The notes beneath the pieces are model-generated. The model was not told the DNA's origin. It ran no database searches and worked only from the letters and a program-made list of their open reading frames with translations. Shown in pieces: positions 39,901-48,867 of a DNA stretch of 64,000 nucleotides. The position numbers were made by a program, and so were the translations under genes. The stretch comes from an uncultured Gemmatimonadaceae bacterium (GTDB lineage: Bacteria > Gemmatimonadota > Gemmatimonadetes > Gemmatimonadales > Gemmatimonadaceae). Numbering within the stretch: position 1 is the first letter of the stretch; each line of letters begins with the position of its first letter. The stretch spans positions 64,001 to 128,000 of the forward strand of contig CAWHHI010000004.1 of assembly GCA_963829055.1 (NCBI GenBank), in the 5' to 3' direction.

Positions 39901-40757
39901 CCCGGGTGATCCGCACCGTGGTCGTGGACGACGAGCCGCTGGCACGCGACGGGCTCCGCGTTAGGCTCGGCCGGGAGGACGACGTGGAGATCGTTGGCGA
40001 GGCGGCGGACGGACCGTCGGCAGTCGACGCGATCCTCTCGCTGCGTCCGGACCTCGTGTTTCTCGATGTGCAGATCCCGGGGTTCGACGGCTTCGACGTC
40101 GTCGCGAAGACGGCGTCGACCCATCTCCCGACGATCGTGTTCGTGACGGCCTACGACCGGTACGCGCTGCGGGCGTTCGAGGTTCACGCGCTCGACTACC
40201 TGCTGAAGCCGATTGCGCACCGGCGCCTCCAGGAAGCGCTGCGTCGAGCGCGGCATGAGCTGGGTCGGAGAGCGCGTGAGGAAGAATTGGAGCGCGACCC
40301 TGAGTCGGCGAACGGAGAGAGCGATAGCTCGCCCAGTGCCGATCGACTGCGGAGCCTGCTAGACGAGCGAGAAGCGGCGCTCGGCCTGTCCCTGACGGCC
40401 GGTGCGCCGCACTCCGCGTCGCCTGTGCCCGCGCCACGCTATGCGCTGCGGTTCACGGTGCGCGACGGCGAACGCTATGTGCTCCTGCGTGTGGCCGACG
40501 TGGACTGGGCCGAAGCGTCAGCGAATTACGTGCGGCTCCACGTGGGCCCGAGGATGTTCCAGATGCGCACGACGATGTCGGAGCTGGAGCGGCAGCTCGA
40601 CCCTGCGCAGTTCACGCGCATTCACCGCTCGACGATCGTGAACCTGGATCGCGTCCGCGAGATCCGCCCGGAGTGGCACGGGGAGTACGAGGTGGCATTA
40701 GTGACGGGCACCACGCTCCGGCTGAGTCGCGGGTATCGAGATCGGCTGTTGGGGTAG
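39897..40757 (+). CDS. LytTR family response regulator
   Basis: VVDDEPLAR, FLDVQ, DYLLKP, FTRIHRSTIVN. Confidence 0.93.
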   Translation: MTRVIRTVVVDDEPLARDGLRVRLGREDDVEIVGEAADGPSAVDAILSLRPDLVFLDVQIPGFDGFDVVAKTASTHLPTIVFVTAYDRYALRAFEVHALDYLLKPIAHRRLQEALRRARHELGRRAREEELERDPESANGESDSSPSADRLRSLLDEREAALGLSLTAGAPHSASPVPAPRYALRFTVRDGERYVLLRVADVDWAEASANYVRLHVGPRMFQMRTTMSELERQLDPAQFTRIHRSTIVNLDRVREIRPEWHGEYEVALVTGTTLRLSRGYRDRLLG

Positions 40758-40761
40758 GGCC

Positions 40762-40992
40762 GGGACTGGGGACTGGGGACTGGGGACTGGGAGCTGCACG
40801 CTGGGTACCTCGGCCGTCGGCTGCATGCTGCGGCCGCACGCTGCGCCGCTGCGCGCAGTACGGCGCGCGGCTCACCACGCGCTGTTCGCTGCGCGCAGCG
40901 TGCGGCCGCAGCAACCAGCACGGCGGCAGACCAGCGCCCAGCGTGCAGTCCCAGTCCCCAGTCCCCAGTCCCCAGTCCCTACCCTAGTCCCC
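40762..40992. repeat. Inverted heptamer arms (GGGACTG)n/(CCCCAGT)n around a 21-bp perfect inverted repeat
   Basis: TGCTGCGGCCGCACGCTGCGC 40826-40846 and its complement 40893-40913. Confidence 0.88.
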
Positions 40993-41055
40993 ACGCAGTT
41001 CCGCGACCAACTTTCCCCTTCCCAAGAGCCGTCCCAACGCCGGAGTCCAATCGTC

Positions 41056-42756
41056 GTGCAGACAATATCGCTTCCCGCTTCCCCGGCAGCGCTCGCCGGT
41101 GCCAACTGGGCTGACATCTCGCCGTATTACGAAGAGCTCGCGACCGCACCGCTGTCCCTCGAGAACGTGGAGGAGTGGCTCAAGAGTTGGTCGCAACTCG
41201 AGGAGATCGTCGACGAGGCTGGAACGCTCGCCATGATCGCCTACACGGGCGATACCGCGAACGCCGAGAAGGAGAAGGCGCACCTGCGCTTCTCGATGGA
41301 GATCTTCCCGCAGGCGCACGAGCAGGGCGTGCGTCTGTCGCGTCGACTCATCGACCTCGGCTACACGCGGCCGGGCCTCGAGACCACCGTGGCCAGGTTC
41401 CGCACCGACGCCGAGATCTTCCGCGAGGAGAACGTGCCGTTGTTCTCGGAGCTGGAGGAGCTCAGCGCGCAGTATCAGAAAATCGTCGGCGGGCTGACGG
41501 TGCAGTGGGAAGGCGAGACGAAGACGATTCCACAACTGCAGCCGTTCCTCAAGGAGCGCGACCGTCAGGTGCGCGAGCGCGCGTGGCGACTCGGCAACGA
41601 AGGCTACCTCGCGCACCGCGATGAGTTCGCGGCGCTGTTCGACAAGATGTTCGTGGCACGCACGAAGGTCGCGGGCAACGCCGGCTTCCCGAACTATCAG
41701 GAGTACGCGTTCAAGTCCAAGCATCGGTTCGACTACACGCCTGACGACTGCGCGCGCTTTCACGCCGCGGTCGAGGCCACCGTGGTGCCGGCTGTGGCGC
41801 GTCAGCTCGAGTATCGTCGCGAGCGACTCGGCCTCGACCGCGTTAGGCCCTGGGACCTTGGTGTAGAGCTCGAGCGTGTGGAGTCACTCAAGCCGTTCGA
41901 GGACGTCGGAACGTTCGTCGATCGCGCGAAATCGATCTTTCATCGCCTGGACCCGAAGCTCGGCGAGGAGTTCGATCTCATGGCCGCCGAGGGGCTGCTC
42001 GACCTCGAGAGTCGGCAGGGAAAAGCGCCGGGTGGCTATTGCACGAAGCTCAGCTACCGCGGGAAGCCGTTCATCTTCATGAACGCCGTCGGCGTCGCGG
42101 ACGACGTGAACACGCTCGTGCACGAGGCCGGCCATTCGTTCCACGACTTCGCCGCACACAAGCAGCCGCTCATCTGGCAGCGATCGCCGGGCCATGAAGC
42201 GGCGGAGTTGGCGTCGATGAGTATGGAGCTGCTCGTGTCGCCCTACCTCGCGAAGCCTGACGGCTACTACTCGCCCGACGAGGCGCGGTCGGCGCGTATC
42301 GAGCACCTCGAGGACATCCTGTTCAGCCTTCCGCACATCGCGAGCGTCGACGCGTTCCAGAGCTGGATCTACACGAGCGGCGAGGGACACGACGCCGCGG
42401 CGCGCGACCGCGCGTGGCTCGAGATCCGATCGCGCTTCGAGCAGGGGATCGACTGGACGGGGCTCGACCGCGAACGCGCCGCGCGTTGGTATCGTCAGCT
42501 GCACATCTTCGAGTACCCGTTCTACTACATCGAGTACGGCATCGCGCAGATGGGCGCCTTGCAAGTGTGGCGTCACAGCCTCAGCGACCAGGCGAAAGCC
42601 GTGCGACAGTACCGCGAGGCGCTGGCGTTAGGCGGGACGCAGGGCCTGCCGGAGATCTATCGTGCGGCGGGCGCTCGCCTGGTGTTCGATGAGAAGACGA
42701 TGGGTGAGCTCGTGAAGCTCGTGGAGGATCGACTGATGGAGATGCGGGCGGGATGA
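41056..42756 (+). CDS. M3 family oligoendopeptidase
   Basis: GKAPGGYC, HEAGH, ELASMSME, HIFEYPFYYIEY. Confidence 0.93.
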   Translation: MQTISLPASPAALAGANWADISPYYEELATAPLSLENVEEWLKSWSQLEEIVDEAGTLAMIAYTGDTANAEKEKAHLRFSMEIFPQAHEQGVRLSRRLIDLGYTRPGLETTVARFRTDAEIFREENVPLFSELEELSAQYQKIVGGLTVQWEGETKTIPQLQPFLKERDRQVRERAWRLGNEGYLAHRDEFAALFDKMFVARTKVAGNAGFPNYQEYAFKSKHRFDYTPDDCARFHAAVEATVVPAVARQLEYRRERLGLDRVRPWDLGVELERVESLKPFEDVGTFVDRAKSIFHRLDPKLGEEFDLMAAEGLLDLESRQGKAPGGYCTKLSYRGKPFIFMNAVGVADDVNTLVHEAGHSFHDFAAHKQPLIWQRSPGHEAAELASMSMELLVSPYLAKPDGYYSPDEARSARIEHLEDILFSLPHIASVDAFQSWIYTSGEGHDAAARDRAWLEIRSRFEQGIDWTGLDRERAARWYRQLHIFEYPFYYIEYGIAQMGALQVWRHSLSDQAKAVRQYREALALGGTQGLPEIYRAAGARLVFDEKTMGELVKLVEDRLMEMRAG

Positions 42757-43529
42757 TGGCAGCGCGGGCGTTGGCGTTGGCGGGGACGCTGTCGCTCGCG
42801 CTCGCGGCCGAGGCGCGTGCACAGGCTGGTTCGGTCGCGTTGCTCGTGATCGATGACGCGACCGACGCGGCCGTTCCGGACGTGCGTGTCTCGGTGCTGG
42901 GACAGCTCGGAGAGGGCGTGACTGATGCGAGGGGCCGTTTCCTGTACGTGTCGCCTCACAGCGGCCGGGTCGCGTTCGTGCTGCGTCGCCTCGGTTATCT
43001 ACCGGGGACGCTCATGGTGGATGTCGGTGCCCCGGATACAGCGCGTGTCACGTTCGCGCTGACCCCCGCGACGCAGCGGCTCGCCACCGTGACCATTCGA
43101 GACACGATAGCTAGCACGTCGCCCTTCCTGAGAGGCTTCGAGCATCGCGTGCGAGCTCATGCCGGGAGCGCCACGTACATCACGCGATCCGACATTGAGC
43201 GTCTGCATCCACTTCAGGTAACCGACCTGCTCCGCCGAGTATCGAGTGTGACGGTAACTGGAGGTACGGTCGTGGCGCGCCGGATCCAACGGCCGGTCAT
43301 CAAGGGGAGTGGGACCTCCATGTTCCTCGACCTCGCAAACTGTCCACTCCGAGTGGCCGTGGATGGCGAGTTGAAGGAGCCCGGGTACTCGCTGAACATG
43401 GTGGCACCCGAAGAGATTCACGGCATCGAGGTCTACCCCGGGCCCTCGACGGTTCCGGCAGAGTACGCGACCACGGGTCCAAACGGCGCCTGTGGCGTGA
43501 TCGTCATCTGGACGCGTCGCGACAAATGA
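42753..43529 (+). CDS. Exported CarboxypepD_reg plus TonB plug-like protein, paralog A
   Basis: TDARGRF, RRLGY, TDLLRR, IHGIEVY, CGVIVIWTR. Confidence 0.75.
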   Translation: MMAARALALAGTLSLALAAEARAQAGSVALLVIDDATDAAVPDVRVSVLGQLGEGVTDARGRFLYVSPHSGRVAFVLRRLGYLPGTLMVDVGAPDTARVTFALTPATQRLATVTIRDTIASTSPFLRGFEHRVRAHAGSATYITRSDIERLHPLQVTDLLRRVSSVTVTGGTVVARRIQRPVIKGSGTSMFLDLANCPLRVAVDGELKEPGYSLNMVAPEEIHGIEVYPGPSTVPAEYATTGPNGACGVIVIWTRRDK

Positions 43530-43601
43530 CGACGTGCTGTACGTTAGGCGCTGCGCGAATTCGCTTTTTCGACCCACCCCTCACGTGATGACGTTCACGC
43601 G

Positions 43602-44198
43602 ATGATCCTTCGAGCTTTCAAGAAGTCCGGCGGCAGCGGCCCAACCGCGAACGTGGCGACGCCAGCTGCGTTCGGAGACCGGCCCGCCGATCGTGAGCGC
43701 CTCGATTGGGCGCTCTTTCAGAACGGCGGCGTCGTGCTCTATCACAAGCCGCAGGTGCTGGCCGAGCACTCGGCAGGGCTCGTACGCGAGGGTTATCAAC
43801 TGCGAGAGCTCGATGCCAACGGGTGGAAGGACGCGCGTGCATTTCACGAGGACGTGAAGCGCGTGTTCGCGTTCCCGAGCCACTACACGAACAACCTGGC
43901 GTCGCTCGTGGACGCACTGGCCGAGCTGGAGATCCCTCCGGGTGGCGCCATGGCGGTGCAGATGCGCCGCTACGATCGGTTCGTCAAAGCGGAGTCGCAC
44001 CTCGCGTGGTCGGTGCTCGACGCACTCGAGACGACGTCGCGGCGGCTCTTGCTCACCGGGCGGCGTCTCCTCACACTCGTGCAGTCGGACGACCCGCGCA
44101 TCAAGTTCGAGCGCGTCGGCGCAATGCCGGTGAACTGGAACCCCCGCGAATGGCTCGAATCGGATCGTGGCATTGGAGGTGGACCACCGCAGCTCTGA
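43602..44198 (+). CDS. Barstar (barnase inhibitor) family protein
   Basis: FHEDVKRVFAFPSHYTNNLASLVDAL resembles barstar FPxYYGxNLDALxD. Confidence 0.65.
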   Translation: MILRAFKKSGGSGPTANVATPAAFGDRPADRERLDWALFQNGGVVLYHKPQVLAEHSAGLVREGYQLRELDANGWKDARAFHEDVKRVFAFPSHYTNNLASLVDALAELEIPPGGAMAVQMRRYDRFVKAESHLAWSVLDALETTSRRLLLTGRRLLTLVQSDDPRIKFERVGAMPVNWNPREWLESDRGIGGGPPQL

Positions 44199-44966
44199 TG
44201 CGGCCAGCGTCTGGCCGCCGTCGTGCTGGGATTGTCGCTCGCCATGCCACTTGGCGCGCAGTCGGGCGTCATCGCGCTGCTGGTCATCGATGACGCCAGC
44301 GACGTCGGTCTGCCGGATGTCCAGGTTTCGATTGCCGGCCACGCAGGCGAGGGAGTCACGGACGCCCGTGGTCGCTTCGTGTATGCTGTGCCGAAGGCCG
44401 GAAGGGTCGTTCTGCTCATGCGGCGACTGGGCTACAGCCCGGGTACGCTCACGGTCGACGTTGCACCGGGCGACACCGCGCGTGTGACGTTCGCGATGAG
44501 CGTCGTGGCACAGACGCTCGGTACTGTCGATGTCCGCGATACGCTCACGAGCAATTCTCCGTTCCTGCGTGATTTCGAGCGGCGCGTCGCCAACCACGCC
44601 GGGAGCGCCACGTACATCACGCGGACCGAGATCGACAAGCGACGCCCGCCGCAGACGACCGACTTGCTCCGCCGGGTCAACTCGATCGTGATCGCCGACA
44701 GCCTCGGCATATTGATGGCCATCTCCCGGCGGACTCCGAAGCCGGATCTTCGAGGCGGCAAGGCCAGCCTCGCGAACTGTCCTCTCCAGGTCGCGGTCGA
44801 TGGCCAGATCAAGGAGTGGGGTTATGCCGTGAACAGCATTCCGCCAAGCGAGATCCACGGCATTGAGGTTTACCCGGGCCCGTCGACCATCCCCGCCGAG
44901 TATGCGAGCATGCGGCGCGACGCCGCGTGCGGGCTCATCGTCATTTGGACTCGGCGCGACAAGTAA
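44198..44966 (+). CDS. Exported CarboxypepD_reg plus TonB plug-like protein, paralog B (probable frameshift just after start)
   Basis: Clearly homologous to 42753-43529. Confidence 0.75.
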
Positions 44967-44994
44967 CGGTCAGCTTCTGACCGCGACCGTGCGC

Positions 44995-45718
44995 CTAACG
45001 TGTCGCGGCGACTGCCCGATGACGTGGAAGCCGCTTGTCCAGCCAGTGTATCGTCGTGGACGCCGTGGCGATCCCGATCACGGCCGATGCCGTCACGTCG
45101 CTCGCCCAGTGCTGATCGTCATAGATGCGCGACCACGCGACGACACTCGCGCCGGTGTAGCCGAGCGCGCCGAGCCCACGTACTCCTCGAGAGGATGGTC
45201 GCGCCAGCCGCGAGCGAGAATGCGTGCACCGCGTGGGATGACGGAAAGGAGTGTGACGACCCATCCGTCGAGAACGGGTCGAAGCGCCACGCGTTGTTGG
45301 TGCTGTCAGGGCGATGCCTGCCCACAACAGGCTTCAGCACGCTGACGATCGCGTTCGACGCCGCATAGCCGGCCGCAACGCGCAGTGTACCATCCGCGAG
45401 CGACCTGTGATGCAGCAGTCGCGCACCGACGTAGGTGATGGCGAGGCCTGCGATGAGATTGCGTCCAGTCCCGAGCCAGTTGCCCGCATCCGCTATGGAT
45501 GTCAACACGCCGGACTGGTGGGCCAGGGTCGCGGTACGAATGTGCTCATCCATGAGGGCGGCGCCCAGCAGCGCGACGCCAGCAGTGGTCCAGAATGTCG
45601 CGCTTGTGGGGCGCACCTCGAACTGTCCGCGAGCTTCGGCAGGGGAGTAGACACTGCACAGCGCGGCGAATAAGATGGAACCCAAACTGTTCCGTCCGTA
45701 TGTGCGTATGAGTGACAT
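44995..45718 (-). CDS. PAP2 family phosphatase (frameshift near 45175)
   Basis: KPVVGRHRP, SFPSSH, SRIYDDQHWASDV. Confidence 0.85.
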
Positions 45719-46232
45719 ATCGCGACGTGTCGAAGCGTGCTGGCTGGTCGCCAGCGGCATTGCCTCGAGCACACGACGGACCACGCGCTATCGGCCGAGC
45801 CTGCCATGCACGAAGTAAAATTGCCCGTGCACGGTCCTTGCGCAGGAACGTATGTTGAGCGAACGCATGCACGTCAGCATGCTTGGGTCGGCGGCGTGGT
45901 GATTCCGCGGACGAGACGAATCTGTCGTTCTGCGAGGGTGTGACAGTCCGTTGTCCTGGTGTCGTCCTGGCGAGGTCAACTTCCGAAGCCTTCGCGTGGT
46001 TGCGCCCTGCCACGTTGCTCGTCGATTCGCATGTACCCAGTGCGACAAGTCGTTGCTGTCCCAAGTGTCGCCCGCACGAACACGATGAGGCGCTCGCCAC
46101 CACGCAGGCCCTGCAGGCGGCGGGGACTCGTGCGACGTGACCTGCTTTTGTTCGACGACGACCGCGCCCTACCAGCCGACTTCCCGTAGCACGCCCCGTA
46201 GCACGTCGTCTCCAGCCCCAGTCAGGAGCCGG

Positions 46233-46475
46233 ATGCCGCACGCGGAAATTGTTCGACAGCTCGTCGCCGAGCTGGAGCGCGTTGGTGTTGACCCCGATCA
46301 CATGGTAGCCGGCTTGACCAGCCGAGCCGAGGATGCGCTGCGTGCGCTGCGAGCCCTTCCGGACGGAGCGGGACCAGCAGCATTTCTCGCAGAGTTGCGC
46401 AACCAGTCGACGCCGGTGGGGTTGCCCCATGCGGCGAATGACCCACCGTCCGGCGTCGGTCCGCCGGTAAAATGA
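46233..46475 (+). CDS. Small hypothetical protein
   Basis: AGGAG RBS; helical sequence MPHAEIVRQLVAELER. Confidence 0.5.
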   Translation: MPHAEIVRQLVAELERVGVDPDHMVAGLTSRAEDALRALRALPDGAGPAAFLAELRNQSTPVGLPHAANDPPSGVGPPVK

Positions 46476-46489
46476 ACTAACCGCCTGCC

Positions 46490-46984
46490 ATGAGCCGCTC
46501 TTCTCGCTCCACGCGCGTCGTCATTGGTGCGGTTGTGCTCGCGGCCGCCGACGCGTCGGCGCAGCAGCAAGGCCAACAAGCCAAGATGACCCCATCCGCA
46601 GTGGTGACCGTCGTGAGCGCGGCTGCGTTCGACTCCACTCTCGCCCGCCTCGAGCGCGCCGTGGTTGCCAAGGGCCTCACCGTAGCCGCGAAGATCGATC
46701 ACGCCGCCGCTGCACAGCGGGCGAACCTGACGCTTCGCCCCACTACGTTGGTCATTGCCGGCAATCCGGCGGCGGGAACGCCGCTCATGCAGGCCGATCA
46801 GACGATGGGCGTCGAGCTGCCGCTCCGCTTTCTCGTCTGGCAGGGCGAGGATGGGAAAGCGCGCGTGTCGTACGACCCGATCAAGTCAATCGCGGCGCGA
46901 CACTCGGTAGGTGGACGAGACGAGCTGCTCGCACGAATGACGACAGCTATCGAGGGAATCGTCAAAACGGCGACGGATCGGTAA
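46490..46984 (+). CDS. DUF302 domain exported protein
   Basis: IDHAAAA, GNPAAGTPLMQ, ELPLRFLVW. Confidence 0.88.
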   Translation: MSRSSRSTRVVIGAVVLAAADASAQQQGQQAKMTPSAVVTVVSAAAFDSTLARLERAVVAKGLTVAAKIDHAAAAQRANLTLRPTTLVIAGNPAAGTPLMQADQTMGVELPLRFLVWQGEDGKARVSYDPIKSIAARHSVGGRDELLARMTTAIEGIVKTATDR

Positions 46985-47030
46985 TCACCGCCCTCCGCCT
47001 TCCGCCTCTCCGCCTTCCGCCTACGAGAGA

Positions 47031-47915
47031 TCACTCCACCTCGTCGATCGATCTCGGCCAATCCTGCTTGAGGAGTCGCGACATCGCGCGATCGGCTAAC
47101 AGCCGGCCGTTCGTCTGACAGCGCGCGCAGTAGTTCGTCTCGTTGTCCGCGTAGCGGATCCGCTGCACGGGTGTCCCGCACACCGGGCAGGGAAGCTTGT
47201 AACGCCCGTGCACCGCCATGCCCTCGCGGAACGCGGTCACCTTCTCGGGAAATCCGTCGCCCACCTCGGCGCGCAGGCGATCCGTCCAGTCGATGAGCGT
47301 CGCTTTCGTCGCGTCGAACAGTTCCACGATCTGCTCGTCCGTCAGCTTCGACGTGAGCGTGAGCGGTGACATTTTCGCGCGATGGAGGATCTCGTCCGAG
47401 TACGAGTTGCCGATGCCGCTGAACAGGCGCGGATCGGTGAGCGAACGCTTGAGCGTGTGGTTCTCGCTCCGGAGTCGGGCCGCGAAGTCGCCGACGTCGG
47501 CGTCGAGGACCTCCAGCCCGCCACGATCGAACTGCGCGAGTGCGTCGGCACCCTGTACGACGTGGATGGACGCGCGCCGCTTCGACCCGGCCTCCGTCAG
47601 ATAGAGCGTTCCGCGCTCGAAGTCGAACGCGGCCTGCGCCAGCTTCCCGCCGATCGTCTTGCCGCCTTCACGCCATCGCAGCCGACCGGCGATCATGAGG
47701 TGAATGACGATGTACAGTCCGTCCTCGGCGCCGATCACAATGCGTTTTCCGAGTCGGCTGATGGATCGTACGCGGCGTCCGGCGGCTCCGGAGAGCGGCG
47801 GCGTCACAGTGCGCAGCACGAACGGATTCAGCACGCGCGCCGCGATGATCTCCCGTCCGAGAATCCGTGGGCGAAGCGTGTCGATGTAGACGGTGACGTC
47901 GGGTAGCTCGGGCAC
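47031..47915 (-). CDS. mutM: Fpg/Nei family DNA glycosylase
   Basis: N-terminal PELPDV, HLMIAG, GIGNSYSDE, CPVC..CARC zinc finger. Confidence 0.85.
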   Translation of the reverse strand: MPELPDVTVYIDTLRPRILGREIIAARVLNPFVLRTVTPPLSGAAGRRVRSISRLGKRIVIGAEDGLYIVIHLMIAGRLRWREGGKTIGGKLAQAAFDFERGTLYLTEAGSKRRASIHVVQGADALAQFDRGGLEVLDADVGDFAARLRSENHTLKRSLTDPRLFSGIGNSYSDEILHRAKMSPLTLTSKLTDEQIVELFDATKATLIDWTDRLRAEVGDGFPEKVTAFREGMAVHGRYKLPCPVCGTPVQRIRYADNETNYCARCQTNGRLLADRAMSRLLKQDWPRSIDEVE

Positions 47916-48098
47916 CGTCAGCGATCGGTTGATGATGGTGCCTGACTACGATCAGAGGCTGTCCATCTGGCCTGTGAAGAACCAGGTGGTGTAATTTCGC
48001 GCGCCCGCGAGGCACGCGGTCGCCAGGGATGGCTTCTGCTCGTCTCTCGATACGCTCTTCGACCACATTGTCATAGGTGCGCCGAACATGAAAGTGGG

Positions 48099-48569
48099 AT
48101 GGTAGCCCCGCCGCCGAAGCAGTTCGACCCGCGTGATCCGTCGTACGAGAGTCGGGTGCGCGCCAGCTTCGCGCGGCAGCGCGCAATGCACACGATAGGC
48201 GCTCGGCTCGTCCGCGTCGAGCCGGGCGAGGTGGAGCTCGAGCTTCCGTTTCGTGAGGACCTCACACAGCAGCACGGGTTCCTCCACGCGGGCATCGTGA
48301 CCACGCTCGTGGACAGCGCTTGCGGCTACGCGGCGCTCTCGCTCATGGATCGGGAGTCGGCGGTGCTGAGCGTGGAGTACAAGGTGAACCTGCTCGCGCC
48401 GGCGGTCGGCGAGCGGATGCGGGCCGTGGGGCGCGTGATCAAGCCGGGCCGCACGCTGCTGGTCTGCAGCGGTGAGGTGATCGCGGTCGCTGAGGGCAAG
48501 GAATCGGTGGTGACGCTCATGCAAGCGACGATGATGGCCGTGCGCGGCCGGCCAGAGTTGGTTGATTGA
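48099..48569 (+). CDS. PaaI family thioesterase
   Basis: QQHGFLHAGIVTTLVDSACG. Confidence 0.9.
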   Translation: MVAPPPKQFDPRDPSYESRVRASFARQRAMHTIGARLVRVEPGEVELELPFREDLTQQHGFLHAGIVTTLVDSACGYAALSLMDRESAVLSVEYKVNLLAPAVGERMRAVGRVIKPGRTLLVCSGEVIAVAEGKESVVTLMQATMMAVRGRPELVD

Positions 48570-48633
48570 GCTCCGGTGCCGCGTGCAGCGCAAAGGCTTT
48601 CACCTGCCGCCCTCTGTGGAGTACGATTAGCCC

Positions 48634-48861
48634 ATGGCGCATCGAACGTTCAGGGACGCCGACGGCCGCGAGTGGGAAGCGTGGGACGTCGTACCCAGTA
48701 AGTGGGTTGGCCCGACACTCGACGGCGGGTGGCTCGCGTTTCAGTGCGGAGCCGAGCGTCGCAGGTTGAATCCACTTCCACTGTACTGGGCCAGTGCGCC
48801 GGAGGCCGAATTGCGCGAGCTGCTGGCCCGCGCCAAGCCTGTATCGACACGCCTCGATTGA
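48634..48861 (+). CDS. Small Trp-rich hypothetical protein
   Basis: RTFRDADGREWEAW..GWLAFQ..ERRRL; TACGAT -10 box 6 nt upstream. Confidence 0.7.
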   Translation: MAHRTFRDADGREWEAWDVVPSKWVGPTLDGGWLAFQCGAERRRLNPLPLYWASAPEAELRELLARAKPVSTRLD

Positions 48862-48867
48862 CCAGTA

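Noticed and set aside
45826..45843. Second sigma-54 promoter
   Set aside because: Has TG instead of the invariant GG at -24.
47952..48074. Short minus-strand ORF ending YTTWFFTGQMDSL
   Set aside because: Possible gene remnant but too short to support a call.
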